Of a stretch of 64,000 nt of DNA, positions 54,901 to 62,597 are shown piece after piece (the first letter of the stretch is position 1; every line of letters starts with the position of its first letter). Source of the stretch: a virus. Position numbers and translations under genes: made by a program. The stretch lies in the IMG/VR virus record IMGVR_UViG_3300045988_172839, positions 64,001 to 128,000 of that record; one strand, written 5' to 3'. Under the pieces are notes generated by a model. It searched no databases, was not told the DNA's origin, and saw only the letters and a list, made by a program, of their open reading frames with translations.

Positions 54901-55013
54901 AGTTTTTCCCAAGTTGCTTTATCAACTACGTCCTCAATGGCGTTCCAATTTATCGCCTTGTAAAAATCTGGTTCTTGTGTCAAATCCTTCTCACTTTCTA
55001 ATCGTAATCTCAT
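51981..55013 (-). CDS. nrdF: Class Ib ribonucleotide reductase beta subunit (NrdF) precursor containing two inteins
   Basis: The extein sequence is typical of NrdF: INWN, FWLDTRIPLSNDLDDW, VFGGLTLLDTLQ, HEEAVLNNIEFME / VHAKSYSSIF, FLESFLFYSGFF, IRDE / SVHGTYIGYKF. Removing residues 111-469 and 564-882 leaves a 332 aa protein of normal NrdF length. Confidence 0.9.
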   Translation of the reverse strand: MRLRLESEKDLTQEPDFYKAINWNAIEDVVDKATWEKLTEQFWLDTRIPLSNDLDDWRKLPEKERDLVVKVFGGLTLLDTLQSVDGVSAIKPDVRTQHEEAVLNNIEFMECYTKDHKLLTIDRGWVPIADIVEGDTILAYDPKTETTRFEKVIKTSKHKAPHIERIYNSAVDLRVSPGHRMLFEETSLKSGSPLDAWKSYKYGVVTAEDFVKLPKTAYRRVPLVRPFVTQTSVSLLTPFEKLLIAFQADGSITEREIKRIQQYRDKDPRLKTETFTIRFSFSKEPKIAKLLKLCEDSGISYKEINGKLGSGKCKPQRNFNVFVPFTMLGSLNLKPKVLNNWFSFSDFNAEKAQQFIEELSLWDSHVHYNEDGSRGYISYYTKEIENANFVKVLSTLAGYTHNSGVNIDDRSEKYSDNYYVRILSSENQRDVQLQSLSFEKLEGEEVYGVEVPSQFLVVSAGRKTIISGNCVHAKSYSSIFSTLNTKSEIEEIFEWTANNPYLQKKAEIIKEVYDNGTPLQKKVASVFLESFLFYSGFFTPLWYLGNNKLPNVAEIIKLIIRDECMTKDQEVLTPKGWVSVADIRPQDLVLQFDKETRRTNFAPVSTISTDFAPKIYQFKSKLGYVDLKCTPNHRLIRKALTSDKLITRPADLTLGSSSYWLHPTEVLSPNSKVEPLSKWEDLYICLSKFGTVVESALSKHLVLSSSKPEIIAKMKDLLESLDITYKEYSYPEGNGTVLRISKFNQFGIEESKLKSLPKRPLNEVDFKWCLQYLETLFDWVGAKCSDNSYRYCSINKESIDYVQALCSLIGYKTRIREFEDRSPFSAEGLVNYSLTILPNGSTSYGAAVTRTELEGEQIYGIQVPSGYLVTRSQSGSVVITGNSVHGTYIGYKFQLAFNELSEEEQEELKAWMYDLLYTLYENEERYTEELYDEIGWTEEVKTFLRYNANKALMNLGQDPLFPDSADDVNPIIMNGISTGTSNHDFFSQVGNGYLLGQVEAMEDSDYMVGL
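52368..53324 (-). mobile_element. Intein 2 (319 aa) in nrdF, with degenerate LAGLIDADG-type endonuclease insert
   Basis: It starts with Cys right after IRDE (CMTKDQEVLTPKGWVSVADI), has block B KCTPNHRL, and ends VVITGN followed by +1 Ser (SVHG). The central region has LAGLIDADG-like remnants (YLETLFDWVG). Confidence 0.8.
53607..54683 (-). mobile_element. Intein 1 (359 aa) in nrdF, with LAGLIDADG-type homing endonuclease domain
   Basis: It starts with Cys right after FME (CYTKDHKLLTIDRGWVPIADI), has block B VSPGHRM, endonuclease motifs LLIAFQADGS and ELSLWDS, and ends TIISGN followed by +1 Cys (CVHAKSY). Confidence 0.8.
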
Positions 55014-55320
55014 TTGTAAAATCGTTTTGCAAAACTCGGAAATGAACCTCAGTTATTGCACCACTCTGATGAAGATTGTATAGATTAAAATGCACATACC
55101 GTAAAAAGTAGACTTCATCTTTGGTTAAGAATAGGTCATTTAAGTAGTGAAATTCTAACCAATTTAAAGTCTTTTCAATCTCAGCACATCTAAAACTTTT
55201 CAATTTAGTAAGAGGTGTCTTTAATTCTGTATCAAAGGCATATAAAAATGATAAAGCTAAAGACTCACTTGTGATTGGTATAGAGGAAACATCAAAAGAA
55301 ACAATAAGTTGCTTAATCAT
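54991..55320 (-). CDS. Hypothetical protein (109 aa)
   Basis: AAAGG RBS before the ATG. Its 3' end overlaps the nrdF start by 23 nt. Confidence 0.6.
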   Translation of the reverse strand: MIKQLIVSFDVSSIPITSESLALSFLYAFDTELKTPLTKLKSFRCAEIEKTLNWLEFHYLNDLFLTKDEVYFLRYVHFNLYNLHQSGAITEVHFRVLQNDFTNEITIRK

Positions 55321-55325
55321 GCTAA

Positions 55326-56015
55326 CTACCTTTCTAACTCAATTACAAAGTCAGTTGAAGTTGAACCGAACCAACCGTAGACAGTTCTCTTACCTCTAAT
55401 ATCGCCTATTTTACCTATTGAGTCAGAACCATAATAGATAGTAAAGGGTTTAAACGCTTTAAGTGAACCTTTACGGTATTCTTTTGAACCGCTGCGAACC
55501 TCAGTAGTTAAACTATCAAAGTCTGGTCCTTTCCATCTAAGGTCTTCAGATTTTACTAAAACAATGAACGACTTGGTATCACCTAATAGTGGATCAGAAA
55601 GTTCCTTAGTCACACTACTATACGGAAAATCTTCAATCCGTTCATGATAATCTACGAGAACATGTTTATCAAAATTAAGAGTCTGATATAGGGAACTGAG
55701 AGCAATAATACTCATAAAAAGAAATACAAATTTATTCAACTTTACTAAATTGGAACCGAAATTTGAAGTAAATCCTATATACATTAAAACTAAAGCAAGT
55801 AAAACTACCCCTACAAAATAAAATGTAGCGTAAGACCCAAAAAATACATAAGGAACCATCAAAGGTAAAGATACCGCAAGTGTTATTAAACCTAAATAAA
55901 CCCATTTGTTAGAACTCTCTTTAAGTTGAGACCACAAATACTTTAAATCTTTAGGTTTTTCAGCAATTAGAACCGTGTCTACATGTTCAGTTGTTTCAAT
56001 CATTTTATCGCTCAT
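55326..56015 (-). CDS. Membrane protein (229 aa, 3-4 TM helices)
   Basis: ATG ORF. Helices: WVYLGLITLAVSLPLMVPYVFF, FYFVGVVLLALVLMYIGF, FVFLFMSIIALSSLY. Confidence 0.7.
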   Translation of the reverse strand: MSDKMIETTEHVDTVLIAEKPKDLKYLWSQLKESSNKWVYLGLITLAVSLPLMVPYVFFGSYATFYFVGVVLLALVLMYIGFTSNFGSNLVKLNKFVFLFMSIIALSSLYQTLNFDKHVLVDYHERIEDFPYSSVTKELSDPLLGDTKSFIVLVKSEDLRWKGPDFDSLTTEVRSGSKEYRKGSLKAFKPFTIYYGSDSIGKIGDIRGKRTVYGWFGSTSTDFVIELER

Positions 56016-56021
56016 CTAAAT

Positions 56022-56465
56022 TCAACCTTTCATCATTTCAAAGAACAAAATGGAGAACTCTAACCGTTGCCACAATGTTTCCAATTCACTCTCACAAGTA
56101 AACACAAATTGCTCTAATTGGCGCTTGCGCTCTTCCTTGATACCCTTGGTGTTTTCTGCTAGTGAAAACCACTTATTCTCCAACTGAGTCAAAATAGACA
56201 ATTCTTTCTCAGTCTTAGAACCTTGGCGAAACTGCTCAGTTGCTTTTAGTTCCAGCAAACGGTTTCTGTAAGACTCGGTTAAGAGTTGCGCTTCTTGAAT
56301 TTGGTTCAAGTAAGACAAAATTGTTTTGTCGGATACTAAAACTTTTGTCTTTAAAGCTACTGGGTGGAATTGCTCTCTTGTATGTAAGTAAGCGAAGACC
56401 TTATAAATGTTTTCTTCACGTTTTCCTGCAGAAAGAGAACCCATCTCTCTTAGTTTGTTTGCCAT
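56022..56465 (-). CDS. Hypothetical protein (147 aa)
   Basis: The ATG at 56465 overlaps the upstream TGA (TGATG). The track ORF begins one codon earlier at a TTG. Confidence 0.65.
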   Translation of the reverse strand: MANKLREMGSLSAGKREENIYKVFAYLHTREQFHPVALKTKVLVSDKTILSYLNQIQEAQLLTESYRNRLLELKATEQFRQGSKTEKELSILTQLENKWFSLAENTKGIKEERKRQLEQFVFTCESELETLWQRLEFSILFFEMMKG

Positions 56466-56905
56466 CAATTCTGAACCTCACTTCTATGTTTCGCACTCCG
56501 AATCATCACAACTAGAGAAAGCAAATAGTTTTCGACTAACTTAGCTTTCATAAAGTAAGCAGTTTCAGCTCTTCTTAGTAACCATAATTCTGCTTTATCC
56601 GAATCAGTGAACTCAAAAACTTCATAGAATCCTTTAATTTTTAGATAAAAGTCTTTGTCAGTATGCAGCAAAGAAACTTCGGCTTCTGGTTTAAAAAGAG
56701 AGCCGTCAAAAGTTGTATGATACCCGAAAGCAGAGAGAACAGTTGTAAATTCGATGTCTTTAAAGTTTCTAAAGTACGTATCTAAATGACCAATCTCACG
56801 TTTTTCTTGCTCTACATTTCGAGGTAAGGTTGCGAACTGATTATCCAATACTCTGCGCCATTTTCGACCTAGAATACTAGGTCTTTTCTTAATTTGTTTT
56901 GTCAT
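56465..56905 (-). CDS. Hypothetical basic protein (146 aa)
   Basis: ATG ORF and the first gene after the promoter at 56943-56971. Confidence 0.65.
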   Translation of the reverse strand: MTKQIKKRPSILGRKWRRVLDNQFATLPRNVEQEKREIGHLDTYFRNFKDIEFTTVLSAFGYHTTFDGSLFKPEAEVSLLHTDKDFYLKIKGFYEVFEFTDSDKAELWLLRRAETAYFMKAKLVENYLLSLVVMIRSAKHRSEVQN

Positions 56906-56942
56906 AGATTGATAGTCTTTCTAAGAAAATTTTTATACTTTC

Positions 56943-56971
56943 ATTTTAACAAAAAATAAAAAGAAAGTCAA
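56943..56971 (-). promoter_or_regulatory. Sigma-A promoter with extended -10; -35 embedded in the preceding terminator stem
   Basis: On the minus strand: TTGACT (56971-56966), a 17 bp spacer, then TGTTAAAAT (-10 at 56948-56943). Confidence 0.7.
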
Positions 56972-56987
56972 GGGAAAATGACTTTCT
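56951..56987 (-). terminator. Rho-independent terminator
   Basis: On the minus strand: AGAAAGTCA, loop TTTTCCCT, TGACTTTCT, then TTTTATTTTTT. Confidence 0.7.
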
Positions 56988-56995
56988 TTATTAGG

Positions 56996-57727
56996 TTAAA
57001 TGCGAATTTGATAAGAAGTTGCGGCTTGGAAAAACTCAGCAAAACCGTAGTCGGAAAGACAGAACGATACCGAATTGGGTAGCCAAACATCTAAATTAAG
57101 TGGAATCACATAAGTTTCTGCGAATCTACAGAACTTACTGTAAAGACGGTTTGCTTTGAGGACTTGCTCTAAGGTTTGAGTTGGGTCTGCAACCAAAATA
57201 TGATGCGAGTGTTTCAACTCACTTAGAATATTGGTGTATTGATTCAAGTTCAAATCGGGATTATCTATATCGAAAATGTAGTCAGCCTTGTAGTAATCAA
57301 GACGAGTCTTCAACTTAGAAAAGTCATAAATATTCGGTAGGATAAAGTTACTTAAATCTTGTAAATCCTTTTCTCTTGTGGAGTAGAACTTCATGATTGC
57401 TAAGTCCTCCCAGGATAAGACAAGAACAGTTAAGTTTGAATAGTTTAACTCTTTATCAAAGGAAACCTCAGAAATATCTGGAACTACGAAAATCTTTTCG
57501 ACATCATTAGAGAGTTGAAAAGTTTGTAGTTGTTCAACCGTCAAAGGTAAAGAACCAATATAATCAATATCTCTAGTTTCTCTATATCCACCTGAAAGTA
57601 AAGATACCGCAGAGCCACCTGTGACAAAAATTTTAGCAAATTTATCTTGACGTTCTAGTTCTAAATTTAGTTGATTTAACTTCTCTAAAATCTTAGTGTA
57701 AGACAACGTTTGATAAGGTAAAAACAT
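56996..57727 (-). CDS. Nucleotidyltransferase-fold protein, AbiEii/DUF6036-like (putative)
   Basis: AGGAG lies 6 nt before the ATG. IFVTGGSAVSLLSGGYRETRDIDYIGS matches the G-[GS] ... D-x-D minimal NTase signature, in the arrangement seen in AbiEii-type toxins. Confidence 0.5.
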   Translation of the reverse strand: MFLPYQTLSYTKILEKLNQLNLELERQDKFAKIFVTGGSAVSLLSGGYRETRDIDYIGSLPLTVEQLQTFQLSNDVEKIFVVPDISEVSFDKELNYSNLTVLVLSWEDLAIMKFYSTREKDLQDLSNFILPNIYDFSKLKTRLDYYKADYIFDIDNPDLNLNQYTNILSELKHSHHILVADPTQTLEQVLKANRLYSKFCRFAETYVIPLNLDVWLPNSVSFCLSDYGFAEFFQAATSYQIRI

Positions 57728-57941
57728 CTTCTTCTCCTAATTCTTGTGCAAAGGTACGAGTAGACCAAACCCTCTTTGGTAAATGAATAGAGCCACTTAA
57801 AACTAATTGACAATTTTCCTCAGACTCAAGCCAATTTAAAGCATCAAGCGTTTCTTTTTGCCTTGGTTTGTCCAACGAAAAGTACAAAACTTCGTGCCTT
57901 AGAATTAGGCGCATTTTTTCGATTAAATCAAGTTTTTCCAT
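57693..57941 (-). CDS. Hypothetical protein (82 aa) overlapping the NTase gene start
   Basis: AAGGAT RBS before the ATG. Its 3' end overlaps the downstream gene by 35 nt. Confidence 0.5.
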   Translation of the reverse strand: MEKLDLIEKMRLILRHEVLYFSLDKPRQKETLDALNWLESEENCQLVLSGSIHLPKRVWSTRTFAQELGEEDVFTLSNVVLH

Positions 57942-57974
57942 ATTAAGACATCCTTCTTAACAAATTAGTGTAAC

Positions 57975-58003
57975 CTAAACAGAAAACAAGCTCAAGGCTT
58001 GTT
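57975..58003 (-). terminator. Rho-independent terminator
   Basis: On the minus strand: AACAAGC, loop CTTGA, GCTTGTT, then TTCTGTTTAGG. Confidence 0.55.
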
Positions 58004-58014
58004 AAGTATAAATC

Positions 58015-58419
58015 CTAAGCTGGTAATAAATTACGAATAAACCGATTTGAAACACCGCTAACATAAGTTTCGATAGACGTATCAAAATACTGAGCTAGTT
58101 TTTGTAATAAATCTAATGAACTATCCATGTCTAGTACACAAATACACGTTTTAGACAAACCTAATCCCCCACTCTCAGTTACATTTTCTTCCACGGTAGA
58201 GTAAGATAAAGTAAACTCATCGCATAGATACCGAAGTGTGTACTTGTTCGAAGTCACATAGGTAAGGAAAGCAGTACGTGACTCAGATAAGTCACAACTA
58301 TCATAAGAGAAAGACTTGAGAGAACTGGTAACTACTTCAACTCCAAAACTCTTTAAAAGTCGAAATAAATCGGATTCTTCTAATACCCCAACAATAGAAA
58401 TAAGTGAACGAGAAAACAT
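58015..58419 (-). CDS. Hypothetical protein (134 aa)
   Basis: GGAG lies 10 nt before the ATG at 58419 (MFSRSLISIVG...). The track ORF starts at a TTG at 58443. Confidence 0.6.
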   Translation of the reverse strand: MFSRSLISIVGVLEESDLFRLLKSFGVEVVTSSLKSFSYDSCDLSESRTAFLTYVTSNKYTLRYLCDEFTLSYSTVEENVTESGGLGLSKTCICVLDMDSSLDLLQKLAQYFDTSIETYVSGVSNRFIRNLLPA

Positions 58420-58559
58420 AATAAAATCTCCAAAAATAACCAAATTAAATTTAAACGCTCTAATTGTCTCCGTATCGCATTTTAAATCTTTGAGGGGTAA
58501 TTATACCTCTTTGATATTTAAGACGAAACTGGAGCAAATTAGGACGGTTTACGGACGAG

Positions 58560-59384
58560 TTAGGACAAATCAGAAGGTGAGGATACCAAATGAGTATATA
58601 CTTCTGATGTGTAAGGTGTTTCAAATTTAAAGGTGTGACCTTCTTTAAACTTCTTAGTCTTGCGAATAGGAGTTAAATCGTAACCTTCTTCATAATCATC
58701 ACAATCACACTCCTGACCCCAATCACGTTTACATCTACACTCAAATTTTCTATCTAATTTGTACCATTTCTCTTTGAACTTAGCTAAAGAGAGAAGATAA
58801 ACTGTTTGAGTCGTAAAACCTGTAGTTTTATCGGTAGACTCAACTGTGCAGTAATGTAGTTCTCTTGGAGTATAAGCAGAAACAAAGGCGAAGAATACAT
58901 TTAAGGCGAAACTATCATCTTCAAGTATATTATACTTAGGAGTACAACTTTTCTCTGCAAAACTTACTAGACTTTCTAAGTCCATAACTGGAATTTCAAC
59001 GAACTCATTGGAGTTTTGGATACCGAAGTCACAGAACTCAATAAGGAAAGTACCCACTTCATCTCTTGTTAAGTAAGAGTAATCTTCAAAATCTATAATC
59101 TCAGTTAAACCGTAGTTAGGAGAACTAGAACGTTGACGCTCTGCTTGAAATTCTTCAAACGTACAGAATCCTTTGTAAAAAGTAGATTTAAAGTCTGATT
59201 TCTCAGTACAGTATAAATCACCAATCTTATAAGTCTTAAAGGTGAAGTGGTTTGCGTACTTCTCTAAAAAGGCAATTAAGGGGTTCTTACCATAACCTGC
59301 GATAAAGAAGTCAATTTTATTCTGTTGAGCATAAAATAAAAGTTCTTGAATGTCTGATTGTTTTACTGTTACTGTATTCACCAC
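58560..59384 (-). CDS. Hypothetical protein (274 aa) with Cys-rich segment
   Basis: The GTG start immediately follows the upstream TAA. It contains the CRCKRDWGQECDCDD cluster. Confidence 0.65.
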   Translation of the reverse strand: MVNTVTVKQSDIQELLFYAQQNKIDFFIAGYGKNPLIAFLEKYANHFTFKTYKIGDLYCTEKSDFKSTFYKGFCTFEEFQAERQRSSSPNYGLTEIIDFEDYSYLTRDEVGTFLIEFCDFGIQNSNEFVEIPVMDLESLVSFAEKSCTPKYNILEDDSFALNVFFAFVSAYTPRELHYCTVESTDKTTGFTTQTVYLLSLAKFKEKWYKLDRKFECRCKRDWGQECDCDDYEEGYDLTPIRKTKKFKEGHTFKFETPYTSEVYTHLVSSPSDLS

Positions 59385-59771
59385 TTATAACCCCCCATTA
59401 CTCCAATCTACAAAACTAGTTACAACTGAACGTAAAACCTCTAAATAATTTACCAAATCTTTCTTAAACTTTAAAGTGTGTTGATTTTTATACTTGAAAA
59501 TGTACCAACGTGTTAAACGTTTTTCTAGGGATACCCTAGAATCAAATAAAATAAGTTTTTCTAGGTTTTCATGATAGTCAGACCACTCAATCTCCAAACC
59601 GGGAAAAACAACAATAGAATCAACTAACGTTTCGAGTCTTGTTAAAGCGGAAGTCATCCTAGACACATCATAGTAAGGATAGTTCCTATTAAAATTATCT
59701 AACGTTACTAAAACATTATATATCGCCCAATTCAATTCTTTTGAATATCTTTTTACTTTGTAATCAATCAT
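59385..59771 (-). CDS. Hypothetical protein (128 aa)
   Basis: GAGGG RBS before the ATG. First gene after the promoter at 59800-59828. Confidence 0.65.
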   Translation of the reverse strand: MIDYKVKRYSKELNWAIYNVLVTLDNFNRNYPYYDVSRMTSALTRLETLVDSIVVFPGLEIEWSDYHENLEKLILFDSRVSLEKRLTRWYIFKYKNQHTLKFKKDLVNYLEVLRSVVTSFVDWSNGGL

Positions 59772-59799
59772 ATTGCAACCCTCATTCCTAATTTTCTTT

Positions 59800-59828
59800 A
59801 TTATATCAAAACTAAGTTATTTTGTCAA
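59800..59828 (-). promoter_or_regulatory. Consensus sigma-A promoter
   Basis: On the minus strand: TTGACA (59828-59823), a 17 bp spacer, then TATAAT (59805-59800). It belongs to a cassette of about 45 bp that is nearly identical to the one at 62244-62285. Confidence 0.8.
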
Positions 59829-59853
59829 ATAAAAAGAGGACTTTATGTCCTCT
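59829..59853 (-). terminator. Rho-independent terminator
   Basis: On the minus strand: AGAGGAC, loop ATAAA, GTCCTCT, then TTTTATTTGACA. The T tract runs into the -35. Confidence 0.7.
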
Positions 59854-59858
59854 AAATT

Positions 59859-60197
59859 TTAACCTTTGGAAAATTGTGCATAAAGATCAGACAACAAATT
59901 TGCTAACTTCACATAGTCTTCATAAGTGGAGACTCTACGATTTGCATGAATGGTTTCAATCAAAGACACTTGTGTTCCTATTAATTCAATGTTAGGTTCA
60001 TTTAAGAACCTGTATAGAACCGAGCGATAAAACGTGTCTACATAAAACTCAATGAAAAGGTCAAGCTCATCAACTAACTTTTGCAACAAAGATACCCAAA
60101 CTTCTGCTTTTCTAAGTTCTACCTTAGATTTAGTATCTAGGTAATTGTTGAAATAGTGCAAAATCTGAAAGATTTCGCTGTCATATCTCTTTTCCAT
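59859..60197 (-). CDS. Hypothetical protein (112 aa)
   Basis: GGAG RBS before the ATG, with a 2 nt gap to the upstream stop. Confidence 0.65.
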   Translation of the reverse strand: MEKRYDSEIFQILHYFNNYLDTKSKVELRKAEVWVSLLQKLVDELDLFIEFYVDTFYRSVLYRFLNEPNIELIGTQVSLIETIHANRRVSTYEDYVKLANLLSDLYAQFSKG

Positions 60198-60199
60198 GC

Positions 60200-61111
60200 T
60201 TAATCTCCAATCAACCTTACAAAATTAGAACCCTTCAAGTTCAAGTCGTTGAAGTGTTTGTTTAGTTCCATGAAAGACATAGACTCAAAGTTTTCAAGTT
60301 CTTCTTTGCTTGCTAACCAATAATAGTTAGAGTGCCAAGCAAACTCCTTACTGTAAATAGAGATAAAATCAAGACAATTTAGTGACTCTGCAACTTCAAC
60401 TACAAGCTTATCCAAATCAAAGTTCAAAAAGTCATATAATAAACTGAGTTTGTCCTCAATAAGTTCTTTATCCGTACCGTTTTCAAAGAAGACATATAAG
60501 TTCTTATGTGACCAGTAAGAGTCTTGAACGAGGATACCGCGAGGAATTTTAAGTTCTTTTAGCTTTTCTTCTACTTTTGTATACAAGACTTGTAAAACTT
60601 CCTCAGTGCACTTCTCTTCCAACTGTTTATCTTCTAAGAGTTTCTTGTATTCTTCTTCCGTTTCATAAGGAATATAGTTCCAAGGTGTTTTTACAAAATC
60701 TTTTAGAGAACGCAAAGTTGCATAGTAGTCAGTTAATTCAAAACGCTGACCTTTATCAATGTATTGATTGTACAAAGGAGACCACTCAGCTCGTGAGGGT
60801 TTAAACTTGTCCAGAATGAAAAGACGTTCACCAAAGATAACAGGTAATTTAACAACATCAATTACAGTTTCACCATTAGGACTCTCATACAAAATAACTT
60901 CTTTGTACCACACCCCAAACAAAAACTCTGGGTTTTCCTTGAGTTGGAAGTGCATCATCTCATGAGAGTATTTATTTTTAAACACAAAGTAACCTTTTGG
61001 GTATTCAACATTAAATGGAGTTAAGCCTAATGTCTTTAAATACTTCAAGGTGCTGTCCATCATATTTTTGTTTTCTTTAGTTGCAAGTTTTCGTTTAATT
61101 CGTTTGTTCAT
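60200..61111 (-). CDS. Hypothetical protein (303 aa)
   Basis: ATG ORF with no motif recognised. Confidence 0.65.
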   Translation of the reverse strand: MNKRIKRKLATKENKNMMDSTLKYLKTLGLTPFNVEYPKGYFVFKNKYSHEMMHFQLKENPEFLFGVWYKEVILYESPNGETVIDVVKLPVIFGERLFILDKFKPSRAEWSPLYNQYIDKGQRFELTDYYATLRSLKDFVKTPWNYIPYETEEEYKKLLEDKQLEEKCTEEVLQVLYTKVEEKLKELKIPRGILVQDSYWSHKNLYVFFENGTDKELIEDKLSLLYDFLNFDLDKLVVEVAESLNCLDFISIYSKEFAWHSNYYWLASKEELENFESMSFMELNKHFNDLNLKGSNFVRLIGD

Positions 61112-61121
61112 TTGAATTTAC

Positions 61122-61484
61122 CTATTTTTCTACCACTTTTTCTCTACGTACTGAAACAGTACCTTGAGACGGACTGTCAGATAAGGATACCGTGACTTTG
61201 TAAACAAAACCTGTTCCCTTCTCTCGGAAAAGATCTGCATAATTTTCCATAGCAGCTATAGCATCATCTAAACTAAACCATCGAGCTTTAACTGTAAGAC
61301 CTCCACGGTCATCCACAGTTACAACATTCTCATAATAAACAACTGAAGTCAACGGAAAATCAACTTGAGAACTGTTTTGGCGAACCTTTTCTATCTCTTG
61401 TTCTTTTAAGTAAGCTTCTGCTTCTTCTTTGGTTTTAAAAACCTTTGAACCTACTTTATATTGTTTAATTTCTTCTAGTTTCAT
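61122..61484 (-). CDS. Hypothetical protein (120 aa)
   Basis: AAGGAG RBS before the ATG. Confidence 0.65.
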   Translation of the reverse strand: MKLEEIKQYKVGSKVFKTKEEAEAYLKEQEIEKVRQNSSQVDFPLTSVVYYENVVTVDDRGGLTVKARWFSLDDAIAAMENYADLFREKGTGFVYKVTVSLSDSPSQGTVSVRREKVVEK

Positions 61485-61500
61485 TTTTAGCTCCTTGAAG

Positions 61501-61812
61501 TTAAATAACTGGATTTGCTGGGAGAGTTTCGAGAACTGGGATACCCTTGGTGCTGAGTAGAATAGTTAAAGCGTCTACTCCTACCTTTGGAATATAGGCT
61601 AGTTCTAAGGTTTCTTTGTTAAATAGATAAACTTTATCTTCTTTTTCCAAATGCGCTTTTTGTATGTGGTAAGCACTCACTTCACTCAAAGAATTGAACT
61701 TAAGGTATTGCACTGTGTAACTATACCCCACCAAATCAAGAACTAAATCCTCTAAGCTTTGAGGTGTTTCAATTACTAAAGTAGGTGCTAATGTGAATTC
61801 TATTGGTTTCAT
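61501..61812 (-). CDS. Hypothetical protein (103 aa)
   Basis: GGAGG RBS before the ATG, with a 2 nt gap to the upstream stop. Confidence 0.65.
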   Translation of the reverse strand: MKPIEFTLAPTLVIETPQSLEDLVLDLVGYSYTVQYLKFNSLSEVSAYHIQKAHLEKEDKVYLFNKETLELAYIPKVGVDALTILLSTKGIPVLETLPANPVI

Positions 61813-61814
61813 CT

Positions 61815-62216
61815 TTAGTCCCCTCCGTTTGCACGCTCTTCTGCATTTGTTAAACTTGATCCAATTGTTTGTAGTTCATCTAAAGTTAAAGTTTCAAGCA
61901 AACTAAGTTTTGTTTTAACTAAAATAGTTCTTTTTAGCTTTCTTGTTAAGGCACTTATTTCAGCTTGTTCACGTGTTAAATGTAAGCAATAGTCTTTACT
62001 GTAGGCATCTGCAATCAATCCGTCCTCATAACGATACCGATTTTGGGAGCTTGTCGTTACATAAGTAGTTCCTACTTTTTCAACTACTTCCTCTTTTATT
62101 TTCCCTACGGTATCTACCATGTAAGCTGAAGATGCAGCGTTCTGCTCAATATAAACAGTCTGACCTACTTGAAAGTCTTTCTTTGTGTATTTCGCTTGTT
62201 TTTCTGACATAATCAA
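61815..62216 (-). CDS. Hypothetical protein (133 aa)
   Basis: TTG at 62216 or ATG at 62210, after AGAGGA. First gene after the promoter at 62244-62272. Confidence 0.65.
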   Translation of the reverse strand: MIMSEKQAKYTKKDFQVGQTVYIEQNAASSAYMVDTVGKIKEEVVEKVGTTYVTTSSQNRYRYEDGLIADAYSKDYCLHLTREQAEISALTRKLKRTILVKTKLSLLETLTLDELQTIGSSLTNAEERANGGD

Positions 62217-62243
62217 ACAATCCTCTTCTGATTTATTTTCTTT

Positions 62244-62272
62244 ATTATAACAAAATAAAGTTATTTTGTCAA
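62244..62272 (-). promoter_or_regulatory. Consensus sigma-A promoter
   Basis: On the minus strand: TTGACA (62272-62267), a 17 bp spacer, then TATAAT (62249-62244). Confidence 0.8.
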
Positions 62273-62298
62273 ATAAAAAGTAAGATTTGACCTTACTT
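62271..62298 (-). terminator. Rho-independent terminator
   Basis: On the minus strand: AAGTAAG, loop GTCAAAT, CTTACTT, then TTTATTTGACA. The T tract runs into the -35. Confidence 0.65.
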
Positions 62299-62306
62299 TC
62301 TCTTAC

Positions 62307-62597
62307 TTATTCTAAAGTAGGTACAAGCTCAACATAGAAGTTTCCTTTAAATGAATTACTATCTTCTACTGTGTATTTAAAGTAATTCTTATCTTTTCTA
62401 TTCCAAAAAGCGTTTTGCAAACGCAATAGCAAGTCAAAATGATCTACAGAGTCTACATACTCAGGAAATTGCTGTAATGTAAGGTCTAATAAAACTCTAG
62501 GAACAGAAGAAGTAGAGGATACCACACCTAAAACATCATGAGACCACAAATTCAAATGTAGGTCTGTTAACTTTTCTAAACTAATTACATAAACCAT
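62307..62597 (-). CDS. Hypothetical protein (96 aa)
   Basis: AAAGGA RBS before the ATG, with a 3 nt gap after the methyltransferase stop. Confidence 0.6.
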   Translation of the reverse strand: MVYVISLEKLTDLHLNLWSHDVLGVVSSTSSVPRVLLDLTLQQFPEYVDSVDHFDLLLRLQNAFWNRKDKNYFKYTVEDSNSFKGNFYVELVPTLE

